Assembly: GCA_963705305.1 (NCBI GenBank)
Contig: OY970067.1
Location: 3,616,001-3,680,000 of the forward strand
Length of the DNA stretch: 64,000 bases
Source: an uncultured Methylomirabilota bacterium
GTDB taxonomy: Bacteria > Methylomirabilota > Methylomirabilia > Methylomirabilales > 2-02-FULL-66-22
Reading direction: 5' to 3'
The notes beneath the pieces were generated by a model, which was not told the origin of the DNA, did not search any database, and saw only the letters and a list, made by a program, of their open reading frames with translations. A program made the translations under genes and the position numbers. Numbering within the stretch: the stretch's first letter is position 1; each line of letters begins with the position of its first letter. This document shows positions 51,044 to 60,972 of this stretch, in pieces.

Positions 51044-51767
51044 GGTATCGCTCTCCCAGGTAGGCCTGAATGACCTCGGTGTTCACCACGACTTCCTTGG
51101 GGGTGCCCTCCACGATCTTCCGCCCCGAGTTGATCACGATCACCCGGTCCGACAGCTCCATGACCGCCTCCATGACGTGCTCGACGATCACGATCGTGAC
51201 ACCGCTCTCCCGCACCAGGCGGATTAAGGAAATCATCCCTTTGAGTTCGACCGGGGTGAGTCCCGCCATGGCCTCGTCCAGCATCAGCAGCTTTGGCTGG
51301 GTGGCCAGGGCCATGGACACCTCCAGCCGCTTCTTGTCCGCGATGGTGAGTGCTGTGGCTGCCGCATTCCGCCTCTCGAAGAGACCGGTGAATCGCAGCA
51401 CGTCCTCCGCTCGCTTCCGTGCCGTCCCATTCCTGGCGCTGCGCAGGAAGGCGCCGGTCATGACGTTCTCCAAAACCGTCATGTCGCTGATGATCTGGAC
51501 GATCTGGAAGGTTCGGGCGATCCCCATCTTGCAGATCCGATCCGCGCCGAGGTGGGTGATGTCCCTTCCTCGATAGAGAATGCGGCCGCCGTTCGGCGCG
51601 TAAAAGCCCGTGATGCAGTTGAAGAGCGTGCTCTTCCCGGCGCCGTTCGGCCCGATGATGCTGACGATTTCTCGCTCATATACCGAAAACGACACGTTGT
51701 CGTTTGCCAGCAGTCCGCCGAACCGCTTGGTGACGCCCTGCACCTCTAAGAGGGAGGAGGGACTCAT
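51030..51767 (-). CDS. livG: LIV-type ABC transporter ATPase
   Basis: GPNGAGKST, ARTFQ, LDEAMAGL and VIQAYLG. Confidence 0.9.
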   Translation of the reverse strand: MSPSSLLEVQGVTKRFGGLLANDNVSFSVYEREIVSIIGPNGAGKSTLFNCITGFYAPNGGRILYRGRDITHLGADRICKMGIARTFQIVQIISDMTVLENVMTGAFLRSARNGTARKRAEDVLRFTGLFERRNAAATALTIADKKRLEVSMALATQPKLLMLDEAMAGLTPVELKGMISLIRLVRESGVTIVIVEHVMEAVMELSDRVIVINSGRKIVEGTPKEVVVNTEVIQAYLGERYHAAS

Positions 51768-52729
51768 GTCTCCCTCCTTCCGATGGTCGAGAGGAGCCCC
51801 CAGACCCCTTTGGGTTGATAGACGGATATCAGCATGATCACCGCCCCGTACACCATCATGTCGAGCCCGGTCCCTTTGTACCCCAGCATGACACGGGTGA
51901 TCTCGGAGATCGGGACCAAAATGGCGGCCCCGATGACTGGCCCCATGATCGATCCCGCCCCGCCCAGCATGGCGACCAGGACGATCTGCACTGAGATGGG
52001 AAGGACCAGGACGCTGTCCGGATCAATGTACAGGATGTACTGCGCGTAGAAGGTTCCGGCCATGGCGGTCAGGAACGCGCTGATCATAATGGCCGCCAGT
52101 CGGTACTGCACGAAGTTGATCCCTAGGACCTTCGCCACGTCGTGGCTCTCCTTGATGGCGCGAAAATAGAAGCCCATCCGCGAGGTCGAGACCCAGGAAC
52201 ACACCATCAGGGATACGAGGAGGAAGCCTAAGATGATGTAGTAATAGGGCGCCTTGCTGGAATGAAACATGAAGTTCGTGAACGACTGAGGGAGCATGGG
52301 GAGCGTCAGCCCCTCGGCGGCGCCGACCAGCTTCCAGTTGTTGAAGTGGATCCGGACAATCTCCGCAAAGGCGATGCTGGCGATGGCGAAGTAGTGGCCC
52401 CGCAGGTTCGAGCAGGGGATGCCGATGGCGGCCGCGGCGATGGCCGCCAGGATCCCGCCGGCCAGCAGTCCCAGCCACGGGCTCACATGATAGGTCGTCA
52501 GCAGGTAGGACGAGGTGTAGGCGCCGATCCCGAAGAAGGCCACCTGGCCGAACGAGAACATCCCGGCGAATCCGCCGATGATATTCCAGGCCACGCCCAT
52601 CATCCCGAACAGAAACACCATGATCATGACGTGCACGGGAAACGATCCCCGGACGATCCAGGGGTAGATGATGAGGAGCAGCAAGACCACGGCGGAGACC
52701 GCAACCTGTCTCGACGAGAATGTTCGCAT
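51764..52729 (-). CDS. livM: LIV-type ABC transporter permease
   Basis: SFGQVAFFGIGAY, LRGHYFAI and LGGAGS. Confidence 0.9.
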   Translation of the reverse strand: MRTFSSRQVAVSAVVLLLLIIYPWIVRGSFPVHVMIMVFLFGMMGVAWNIIGGFAGMFSFGQVAFFGIGAYTSSYLLTTYHVSPWLGLLAGGILAAIAAAAIGIPCSNLRGHYFAIASIAFAEIVRIHFNNWKLVGAAEGLTLPMLPQSFTNFMFHSSKAPYYYIILGFLLVSLMVCSWVSTSRMGFYFRAIKESHDVAKVLGINFVQYRLAAIMISAFLTAMAGTFYAQYILYIDPDSVLVLPISVQIVLVAMLGGAGSIMGPVIGAAILVPISEITRVMLGYKGTGLDMMVYGAVIMLISVYQPKGVWGLLSTIGRRET

Positions 52730-52732
52730 GCT

Positions 52733-53593
52733 CTACCACCCCAACAGGCCCTGTGGCCGGATCCACACGGTGATCAGATACACCATGAACACGATGGCGT
52801 ACTTGTACGCCGGATCGAAGAAATACCCCCCCAGGGTCTGTACGAATCCGATCAAGATCCCTGCGATGAACGCCCCCTCGATGCTCCCGAACCCTCCCAG
52901 GGCCACGACGCAGAAGGAGATCAATCCAAAGAGTCCCCCCACCTGCGGGTAGATATAGTAGTACATGGACAGGAACGCCCCCGCGATCCCGACGAGGGCG
53001 GAGCCCAGGCCGAAGGACAGCGAATTGATCCGCTCCGTGTTGATCCCCATGAGCAGCGCGGAATCCCGATTCATCTCGACCGCCAGGATGGCCTTGCCGG
53101 TCTTGGTCTTCCTGAGGAACAGGAACACGGCCGCCGAGACCAGGATGCTCCCCACCGAGGCCGCGAACTTCGGCACGCTCAGCTCCACGGGACCCAGGTT
53201 CCAGGTTCCGCTGAGGAGGGGCTTTTCGATGAGGCGGAAATCGGGAGTCCAGAGCATCACGGCCAGGTTGGCCAGGAAGATGCTGATGCCGAAAGTGACG
53301 ACCAGCTGGGCCAGGATCGGGCCGGTCATCACCTTGCTGACGATGTAACGGTAGACGACCAGGCCCAGGAGGAACAGGACGGCGGCGCAGATGGGAATGG
53401 AAAAGACCGGATCCAGACCGAACAGGGTGTAGAACCAGAACGCGACGAACATGCCGATCATCAGGAAGTCGCCGTGGGCGAAATTGATGATATTCATGAC
53501 CCCCCAGATGAGGGTGAGCCCGATGGCGACAAGCGAGTACACGGACCCGATCAGGAAGCTGTTGACGAGCTGCTGGAGCAGTTGCTGGTCCAT
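52733..53593 (-). CDS. livH: LIV-type ABC transporter permease
   Basis: AIGLTLIWGVMNIINFAHG, LGGFGS and RPQGLLG. Confidence 0.9.
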   Translation of the reverse strand: MDQQLLQQLVNSFLIGSVYSLVAIGLTLIWGVMNIINFAHGDFLMIGMFVAFWFYTLFGLDPVFSIPICAAVLFLLGLVVYRYIVSKVMTGPILAQLVVTFGISIFLANLAVMLWTPDFRLIEKPLLSGTWNLGPVELSVPKFAASVGSILVSAAVFLFLRKTKTGKAILAVEMNRDSALLMGINTERINSLSFGLGSALVGIAGAFLSMYYYIYPQVGGLFGLISFCVVALGGFGSIEGAFIAGILIGFVQTLGGYFFDPAYKYAIVFMVYLITVWIRPQGLLGW

Positions 53594-53655
53594 GGGGTCT
53601 TCCTTCGCGATTGTGAGGGGAGGGGCCCAGGCAGCCCCTCCCCTCCGGACCGGGG

Positions 53656-54930
53656 CTACTTCCGGGACTTCCAGTTTGGGAACGGCCAGATCACCGGCTT
53701 GGCGGCGGCCTCGAATGGCCACACGGTGACGTACTGCTGGTCGAGGATCTGCACGAGCGTGCCGGTGGCATAAATATTCTGCTGGGTCTTGGGATCGAAC
53801 TTGATGCCCTTCCACGGGTACAGCACCTGGTCGCCGGGAATGTTGGTCGCACGAAGGGCCGTGACGATGGCCTCGGCCTCCGTGCTCTTGGCCCGATTGA
53901 TGGCGTCGGCCAAGACGAGGGGCGCGGTGAAGCTGCGGGCCGCGTTCTCGCTCATGTCCATCCCGAATTTCTTCTTATAGAGATCGTTGACCTGGGCCAC
54001 CAGCGGCTTGGTTTTGGCCAAGTCCAGAGCGAAGGTCGATCGGATGATCATGTAGTTTCCGTCGGCCTTCACGGCCGGCAGGTAGCCGGGCTCGAGGTAA
54101 CCGGCCATCGTGACGAAGCCCTGGGGGCTAAACCCCATCTCCTTGAACGTTTTTGTGAACAGGATGGCGTCGGTGATGTAGGAGGCGTGCATCAGGACGT
54201 CCGGGTTGGCCTTGATCAGCCGGCCCACCTCTGACGTGACATCCGTCGCATTCGCCGAGTAGGAGATGTCGGCCACCACTTTGTAGCCGAACTCCTGGGC
54301 ATACTTCTGCTCCTCCTTGCCGACATTGCTGCCGAACTCGGTGTTCTCGTACAGCAGGGCCACCGTCCTGACCTTCTGCTTCTTGACCGTCTCCAGGTCC
54401 TTGAGAAAACTGAACTGGTCGTGGGCGAAGGTCCCGTCATGCGGGCTGACCCGGAAGAAATACTTGAAGTCGCGCTCGGTCAGCGTGGGTGAAGAGGAGT
54501 CCGAGCACACATACGGGATCTTCATCCGCTCGGTGGCCTGACTGGCCGTTTTGGTCACGGCGCTCTGGTAGGCTCCGATCGCCGCCACCACCTTGTCCTG
54601 TGTCACCAGGCGCTCCGCCTCGGCTTGGCCGTTCTTCGGCTCCCCTTTGGTGTCGGCCCAGACCATCTCGATCTTGGCCCCGCCCAGGTTGGGCAGTCCG
54701 GCGCTCTTGGCCAGGGGGAGATTCAGGTCATACTTGCCGTTGATGATGTCTACGGCCATCTCGACGCCCCGTTTGCAATCCAGTCCCGTCGAGGCGAGGT
54801 TCCCCGTCAGGGGATACAGCCCGCCGACCTTGATGGTTTTCTCCTGCGCCTGGACAGGAGAGAGCAGGAGCGGCGATGCCGCCGCAGCCATGCCGTAAAT
54901 CAGGAACTCCCTTCGTCTCATCTTTCCCAT
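53656..54930 (-). CDS. LIV-type ABC transporter substrate-binding protein (Tat signal)
   Basis: MRRREFL signal, YPLTG, GAYQS and ENTEFG. Confidence 0.9.
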   Translation of the reverse strand: MGKMRRREFLIYGMAAAASPLLLSPVQAQEKTIKVGGLYPLTGNLASTGLDCKRGVEMAVDIINGKYDLNLPLAKSAGLPNLGGAKIEMVWADTKGEPKNGQAEAERLVTQDKVVAAIGAYQSAVTKTASQATERMKIPYVCSDSSSPTLTERDFKYFFRVSPHDGTFAHDQFSFLKDLETVKKQKVRTVALLYENTEFGSNVGKEEQKYAQEFGYKVVADISYSANATDVTSEVGRLIKANPDVLMHASYITDAILFTKTFKEMGFSPQGFVTMAGYLEPGYLPAVKADGNYMIIRSTFALDLAKTKPLVAQVNDLYKKKFGMDMSENAARSFTAPLVLADAINRAKSTEAEAIVTALRATNIPGDQVLYPWKGIKFDPKTQQNIYATGTLVQILDQQYVTVWPFEAAAKPVIWPFPNWKSRK

Positions 54931-55755
54931 CGCGGCCCTCCTTGTGGACTCGACACGCTCCATGAATACCAACTTCCCTCTGGCCCTATCGTGCCGCTTC
55001 AGGACTGTCCCGTTCGCGAGTCTCCTGGGGGCGCGCGTTCAAGGGGGGCACGCAGCGTGCAAGTCCGTTCGGTGGCGCGACGTTGCGTTGCGGGCCGCCC
55101 CCGGCGGGGCCGGACGATTGCACCGCGGGAGACTCCGACCCACCCGTCGTCCTGTACGGATGGAGCAGATGCAATCTCAGCGTCGGGGAAATTCTTGGCG
55201 ATGCTCCGGAAAGGGTAGTCGGTGCGGAGGTCGCCCGACCTTGCAGCCATCCCAATGCGTGAATCGCCTCTTGTCCCGCCCTGGTAGTGTGCCCTGGGAA
55301 CGTACCGGACCAGTCGCCCTCCCCAGATCGGAGTTGCCGGTTCCATGCGTGGAAACCTAGCCTCATCGGGACAGATAGAGGGAAACGGTCGATTGAAAGC
55401 GGGCAAGGCACCTAGTCCGTCCCCGTGCCTGGAGGCCGGCAGGCTGACCTCCCGCGCAACGCGGGCCCGAGATACGCGGATATGCCCATCCGAGACGCAT
55501 TCTATCCACAGGGCGGAGTGTCGTGTCAAGCAGATTACCTGATGTGCGGGGAAGGGTACCATTGACGGGGCTCATCAAAATTGCGCGTCCTGCTCACGTC
55601 CCGAATCCTTCAGCCCTCAGCCTATTTCAGCCTGCCGGGACACCCCGGTGCTCCCTGGGCGTGAGGGAGGAGGTCCCGCCCGGCGAGCCTGGACAACATC
55701 GAAAACTTGTCGGGGCGATCGCCTGGCGCTTCCGCGCCGCGGCTTGACAGTCATG

Positions 55756-56065
55756 CCGGGTCGATCGGCGGTCTGGCCGCCCCGATCATCATCGGCTACA
55801 CCTTTGCCCGGATCGGCTTCGGCGGCGTCTTCATCATCACCACCATCGTGCTGGTGGAGCAGGAATCGCGGAGCCTGACCGCGCTGCGGTGCGCGGCGAA
55901 CTGCCGACTGCATCTGCAGGCGGGGGTGACCACGGTCCGGGACACCGGCTCGACGGACGCCATCGCCCTGGCCGTCGCCCGGGGGGTCGAGTTGGGCCTG
56001 ATCCCCGGTCCGCGGGTGGTGGCCTCGGGCCGTGTGATCTACATGACCGGCGGCCATGCCGATTC
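55756..56065 (+). pseudogene. fused remnants: MFS transporter C-terminal helices joined to an internal amidohydrolase fragment
   Basis: GSIGGLAAPIIIGY..GFGGVF followed directly by LQAGVTTVRDTG...IPGPRVVASGRVIYMTGGHAD; neither start nor end of either family is present. Confidence 0.65.
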
Positions 56066-56211
56066 GCGCCTGCCCACCGAATCGTACCAGCCGACCGAGC
56101 TTCCCACCGGCACGGTCCACCATGCGCAGTCGGGTAGCCGGAACGCGAGGAACGTCGCAACACTACCAAGAGAAGTGCTGCCGGTATTGATGTGCGTGTT
56201 AGCGCTCAGCC

Positions 56212-56331
56212 TCAGTTGAACAGGTCATTGCTGACCACCAAAGCGGGTCGGCGACCACGCTGCTCGTGACCGGACTGAGGGTCGAACGAAACGGCGACGA
56301 AGTCTCCCTTCCGGGGGATGTACGCCGCCAT
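56212..56331 (-). pseudogene. mazF: truncated MazF/PemK toxin (39 codons)
   Basis: MAAYIPRKGDFVAVSFDPQSGHEQRGRRPALVVSNDLFN*; sequence after the stop shows no MazF similarity. Confidence 0.85.
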
Positions 56332-56580
56332 CTACCGTGCCTCCCTGCCGACTGGCGGACCCCAGTCGAACTCCTTCGGCTCGTAGTCTTTCGGAATGAG
56401 CTTGACGAGTTCGCGTAAGTCATGGCTGCCGAGCACCCGGCGCAAAGGTGTGACCACCAGCGCGCCGTCACGCACCGCCACGTCCACCGCATCCCCGACG
56501 TCGATCTCGACATCCGAAAGCAGCGCCTTGCTCAAGCGAAGGCCCTGGCTGTTGCCCCACTTCTGGACTTTTGTGATCAT
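56332..56580 (-). CDS. mazE: MazE/AbrB antitoxin
   Basis: KVQKWGNSQGLR and EFDWGPPVGRE; AGGAGG RBS. Confidence 0.92.
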   Translation of the reverse strand: MITKVQKWGNSQGLRLSKALLSDVEIDVGDAVDVAVRDGALVVTPLRRVLGSHDLRELVKLIPKDYEPKEFDWGPPVGREAR

Positions 56581-56593
56581 CGTTGCACCTCCT

Positions 56594-56635
56594 GCGGATA
56601 TCCATGGTATAGGCGAAAGGCATCCGCTCGGTCAA
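56594..56635 (-). promoter_or_regulatory. mazEF promoter with probable autoregulatory inverted repeat
   Basis: TTGACC-N18-TATACC, overlapped by the dyad GCGGATGCC...GGATATCCGC. Confidence 0.5.
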
Positions 56636-56819
56636 CGCTTTCGGCGGGGTGGCAGCGCCAGGCGTAACCGGCCGCAGGCGCGTGGAGCGTGACGAAAACC
56701 ATGCAGGCACTGCCGGGGCGCGTGGGGTGACGCGGGGGTTATCAGCCTGAAACCATATGACTGTGTGGTTCGACCCGGGAGATCTGCAATACTCGCCGAA
56801 GGCCCGTCATCCCGATCGC

Positions 56820-56999
56820 CGCGGCCTCGCTCGGCTCTTCCAGGGGCCCATCGCGGACGCGCTCACGCACGTGGGTCAGATCGCGATGCTGCGGCGGATG
56901 GCCGGATCGCCGGTGCGCGGCGAAAACTACTTCGTAGCGTCGATCGGGAGCGGGCGCGTCGGCGCAGAACAAGAGCCGCCGCGCAAGGAGTTCGAGTAG
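56820..56999 (+). pseudogene. C-terminal fragment of a DinB-like family protein
   Basis: LFQGPIADALTHVGQIAMLRRMAGSPVRGENY (HxGQ motif); N-terminal part missing. Confidence 0.55.
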
Positions 57000-57179
57000 C
57001 CGCGCGCCCAGCTTTATCCTGCGAAGGGGCGCGCGAGGTGAAGGAGGCGACATCCCGGAGCGCGGATGGCCGCCCCCACGTATGAGTGTCGCCATGGCGC
57101 GGCATGTGATATGTTCAAAACCGGGAGGCGCGGCGTCGAGCGGGGCGGGGTCGTGAGCGGGTGAGACCGTGGGGGACCC

Positions 57180-58187
57180 ATGCGGGGACGGATGCGCCGG
57201 CGGGAGCAGGCCGTCACGGTCGATCTGACGGCTGTCGTGGTGGCCATCACCGGCGATGACCCGCGGGTGCTCGTCGTGCGCGGCGGGAGCGGCGCGGCGC
57301 GCCGGCACCCGGGTCCGTCACCCGTCCGTCCCCACTGCGATGCGCTCCCCTCCGGCCGGCTCGAACCGGCGCATCGCACGCTCGAGGCCGGGCTCCGCGC
57401 CTGGGTGCAGGCGCAGACGCGCGACAGGTTGGGCTATGTGGAACAGCTCTACACCTTCGGGGACCTGGACCGGGCGCGCCCGGCCGGCGCCGCGCGTGCG
57501 CTCTCAATCGGCTATCTTGCCCTGGTGCGGGAAACACCACCGCCCGCCTCCAGCATGGCGCTCTGGCAGAACTGGTACCGGTATTTCCCCTGGGAGGACT
57601 GGCGTGCGCGGCGGCCCGGGATCCTGAGCCGGATCGAGCGGACGCTGCGCCGCTGGGCGCGGGACGCCGCGAGCGGCGACGCGCGCCGTGCGCGGGAAGA
57701 GCGCCTGGCGGTCACCTTCGGACTGGGAGCCGCCTGGAACGACGAGCGGGTGCTCGATCGGTACGAGCTGCTGTACGAGGTCGGCCTCGTCCCGGAAGCG
57801 CACCGGGATGCTGCTCGCCCGTGGGCCCCGCCACATGCCGTCCTCGACGACGCCGCGCCCATGGCGGCCGACCACCGGCGCATTCTCGCCACGGCGGTGG
57901 CGCGGCTGCGCGGCAAGATCAAGTACCGCCCGGTCGTCTTCGAACTGATGCCGCCCACCTTCACGCTGCTCCAGCTCCAGCGCGCGGTCGAGGCGCTCGC
58001 CGGACTCCGCCTTCACAAGCAGAATTTCCGGCGTCTGGTTACCCAGCAGGGTCTGGTCGAGGAGACGGGCCGGATCGTCACCGGGACCGGCGGGCGCCCC
58101 GCCCGCGAGGTCCGGTTCCGCCGCGAGGCCGCGCTCGAGCGTCTGGCGCCCGGGGTGCGCCTCCCCGGGTCGCGGCGGACCGCGTAG
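57180..58187 (+). CDS. nadQ: NAD-responsive Nudix-like/wHTH repressor (NadQ/COG4111, NrtR-related)
   Basis: LGYVEQLYTFGD, YFPWEDWR, VLDRYELLYE, DHRRILATA..RLRGKIKYRPVVFELMP and LHKQNFRR; directly upstream of nadA. Confidence 0.88.
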   Translation: MRGRMRRREQAVTVDLTAVVVAITGDDPRVLVVRGGSGAARRHPGPSPVRPHCDALPSGRLEPAHRTLEAGLRAWVQAQTRDRLGYVEQLYTFGDLDRARPAGAARALSIGYLALVRETPPPASSMALWQNWYRYFPWEDWRARRPGILSRIERTLRRWARDAASGDARRAREERLAVTFGLGAAWNDERVLDRYELLYEVGLVPEAHRDAARPWAPPHAVLDDAAPMAADHRRILATAVARLRGKIKYRPVVFELMPPTFTLLQLQRAVEALAGLRLHKQNFRRLVTQQGLVEETGRIVTGTGGRPAREVRFRREAALERLAPGVRLPGSRRTA

Positions 58188-58208
58188 CCCCCTCTGTCAC
58201 GATCGGAC

Positions 58209-58237
58209 TTGACACTTATGCTCAAATGTAGCATAAG
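58209..58237 (+). promoter_or_regulatory. nadA promoter with NadQ operator
   Basis: TTGACA immediately followed by the dyad CTTATGCT-CAAATGT-AGCATAAG; core TTATGCTCAAATGTAGCATAA has 2 mismatches to ttATRCTCannnTGAGYATaa. Confidence 0.8.
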
Positions 58238-58302
58238 AGAGTATGAGTCCGCGCCCCTGCGCGCTTTCAGAGGTGTCCGAAGGGAAAGAGAGGAGAGTCA
58301 TC

Positions 58303-59331
58303 GTGTGCCCCGAGTCGGTCGGAACCGCTATAGTGTCCGGGAGCGATCTCCGCGCTGTCCTGGCGCGGACCGCGCCGCTCTACGAGCGCGTGAAGGCGAT
58401 CATCCCGCCGATGGAGTGGCCGGCCTTCGCGCCGGACATCGACGCCATCCTGCGCCTGAAGGAGGAGCGCGGCGCGATCATCCTGGCGCACAACTACCAG
58501 ACGCCCGAGATCTTCCACTGTGTGGCCGATATCGTCGGAGATTCGCTGGCCCTCGCGCGGGAAGCCGCCCGAACCGACGCCCGCATCCTTCTAGTCTGCG
58601 GGGTCTATTTCATGGCCGAGACGGCGAAGGTGCTCAATCCGGGCAGGACGGTCCTGAGCCCGGATCCGGAGGCGGGCTGCTCGCTGGCCGCGTCGATGAC
58701 GCCGGCGGACGTGCGGCGGCTGCGCGACCGGCACCCGGGGGTTCCGGTCGTCGCCTACGTCAACACCTCGGCCGAGGTGAAGGCGGAGTCGGATATCTGC
58801 TGCACGTCGGGTAACGCGCGCGGCGTCGTCGAGTCGCTGGGGGTCCCCCGGGTCATCCTGGTGCCCGACGAGTATCTGGCGCGGAACGTGGCGGCGGAGA
58901 CATCCGTGGAGATCATCTCCTGGCGCGGCCGCTGCGAGGTGCACGAGCGCTTCACGGCTGCCGAAGTCCGCGCGCTGCGCGCGGTCCATCCGGAGGTCAT
59001 GGTGCTCGCGCATCCGGAATGCTCCCCGGAGGTGGTGAAGGAGGCCGACTACGTCGGCTCGACGCAGGGGATGAGCGACTACCTGGCGCGCGTGCGGCCG
59101 GGACGCGTCGTGCTCCTGACCGAGTGCTCGATGAGCGATAACGTGTCGATCCAGCATCCCCGGGTGGATTTCGTGCGGCCGTGCAACCTCTGCCCGCACA
59201 TGAAACGGATCACGCTGGGCAAGATCCGCACGTGCCTCGAGGCGCTGCGCCATGAGGTTGCGATCGAGGCGGCCGTGGCGCTCCGCGCGCGCCGGGCGGT
59301 GGAGCGCATGCTGCAGGTGCGCGGGCGGTGA
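58303..59331 (+). CDS. nadA: quinolinate synthase
   Basis: LAHNYQ, GDSL, FMAETAK, AGCSLA, YVNTSA, CEVH, HPEC and CPHMK. Confidence 0.95.
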   Translation: MCPESVGTAIVSGSDLRAVLARTAPLYERVKAIIPPMEWPAFAPDIDAILRLKEERGAIILAHNYQTPEIFHCVADIVGDSLALAREAARTDARILLVCGVYFMAETAKVLNPGRTVLSPDPEAGCSLAASMTPADVRRLRDRHPGVPVVAYVNTSAEVKAESDICCTSGNARGVVESLGVPRVILVPDEYLARNVAAETSVEIISWRGRCEVHERFTAAEVRALRAVHPEVMVLAHPECSPEVVKEADYVGSTQGMSDYLARVRPGRVVLLTECSMSDNVSIQHPRVDFVRPCNLCPHMKRITLGKIRTCLEALRHEVAIEAAVALRARRAVERMLQVRGR

Positions 59332-59441
59332 CGGGCGCCATGGGGCTCCGCATTCCCGGCGACGGCCAGGCCCTCGACGCGGCCGCCGCCCCCGCCGCGC
59401 TTCCGGACAAAGCCATCCGAGTCGAAAGGATCCATCCATGA
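59328..59441 (+). pseudogene. 37-aa ORF occupying the nadB position; probable internally deleted nadB
   Basis: Starts with a GTGA overlap on the nadA stop and ends with an ATGA overlap on the nadC start. Confidence 0.55.
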
Positions 59442-60313
59442 TGCCGCTCCCGGACCGTCTTGCGTCGCTGCCCCCGTTGCTTGTCGAACCCGCGGTGCGC
59501 GGCGCCCTGCTGGAGGATTTGGGGCGCGCGGGCGACATCACCACCATGAGTGTGGTGCCGCCGGACGTGCGGCTCGCCGCCGTGGTCGCCGCACGCCAGC
59601 CCGGCGTCGTGGCGGGGCTGGATTGCCTGGTGACGGCCTTTCGGCTGATCGATCCGTCGGTGCGGGTCGAGGTTCACCGGCCGGACGGCAGTCGCGTGGG
59701 GGCGGGGGAGATGGTTGCCTCCGTGTCGGGACCGGCGCGCGGGATCCTCACGGCGGAGCGTGTGGCGCTCAATTTCCTCTGCCATCTCTCGGGTGTGGCA
59801 ACCGCCACCGCCGGCCTGGTCGAGGCCGTCCGGGGCTGCCGCGCCAGGGTCACCTGCACGCGGAAGACCATGCCGGGCCTCCGGGCGCTCGAGAAGCACG
59901 CGGTGCGGGCGGGAGGAGGGATCAGCCACCGGTTCGGCCTGGATGACGGCGTTCTCATCAAGGACAACCACATCGCAGCCGCTGGCGGCATCCGGCCGGC
60001 CGTCGAGCGCGCGCGCCACGCCATCGGCCATATGGTCAAGGTGGAGGTGGAGGTGGAAGATCTGGAGCAGCTCGCGGAGGCGCTCGCTGCCGGTGTCGAC
60101 GCGGTGCTACTGGACAACATGCCGCCACCGGCGCTGGCGGCGGCCGTCACCGAGATCGACGGCCGGGCGATCGCCGAGGCCTCGGGTCGCATCACCCCGG
60201 AGACGGCTCCGGCGATAGCGGCTGCGGGCGTCGACGTGATCTCGGCCGGCTGGATTACCCACAGCGCGCCCGCGTTGGACCTGGGGCTGGACGTGGCGCC
60301 GAGTCCGGCGTGA
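59438..60313 (+). CDS. nadC: nicotinate-nucleotide diphosphorylase (carboxylating)
   Basis: EDLGRAGDITT, ERVALN, TRKTMPGLR, HRFGL, IKDNH, LLDNM and EASG. Confidence 0.96.
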   Translation: MMPLPDRLASLPPLLVEPAVRGALLEDLGRAGDITTMSVVPPDVRLAAVVAARQPGVVAGLDCLVTAFRLIDPSVRVEVHRPDGSRVGAGEMVASVSGPARGILTAERVALNFLCHLSGVATATAGLVEAVRGCRARVTCTRKTMPGLRALEKHAVRAGGGISHRFGLDDGVLIKDNHIAAAGGIRPAVERARHAIGHMVKVEVEVEDLEQLAEALAAGVDAVLLDNMPPPALAAAVTEIDGRAIAEASGRITPETAPAIAAAGVDVISAGWITHSAPALDLGLDVAPSPA

Positions 60314-60972
60314 CGGGACCGGGGGAGGCGGTCACGCGCGGAGCGCCGCGGTACGTTTCTCTGCACAAATCCGGACGGCGCCTCGCACCCCGACGCCGGT
60401 CGGTGTATGCTCTGCCGCAGAACGGTGGCGGACGGACTGGCACTGCCGGGGGCTTGGAGAAAGCGTTCGAGGATCTTCCAGGACGCCCGCACCGGTCAGA
60501 AGGGCCAGGTCGAGGCCGTTCGGGCCAAGCGAGCTGACCCCGCCTGTGGCCGCCCTGTCCCTTCCAAGCCTTCGCGTCATCCACGCTCAGCCACGCCATT
60601 CCGTCCTCTCACTCCGCGTCGAGCCGGGGGGCGGGGCATTTGGCGTGCGAGGAAGGGGTCGCCGCGGCGAGCGGGACCTGTGGGCCCGGCTGCACTTCGC
60701 GGCAAAACTTGCAGGTGAAAGGAGGGTGAGGAATGGCGCGGAGGTTTCAGGACCTCTCCGAACGTAGGAGAGAGCAGGAGTGAGACGGGTCCTGGCCCGG
60801 TGACGGAGGAACCTGGCACGCCAGGCCGGCCGGTGGCGATGTCCCAGCCGGATATCTCTACGCGTTCGAGACTAGCTCGGCCTCCGTCACGCGTTTCGCG
60901 CGTCGCCCACGTGAACGGCCCAGAACTTGAAGTATGCCCACGCGGAATCAGGGGTTCGACGGCCCCTTCCCG

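Noticed and set aside
55169..55187. sigma-54 promoter for the ABC operon
   Set aside because: Minus strand reads GA-N10-GC, lacking the invariant GG.
60940..60972. tRNA/tmRNA fragment (GGGGTTCGACGGCCCC) as an integration site
   Set aside because: No cloverleaf or CCA end; more likely a simple hairpin after the TA pair.
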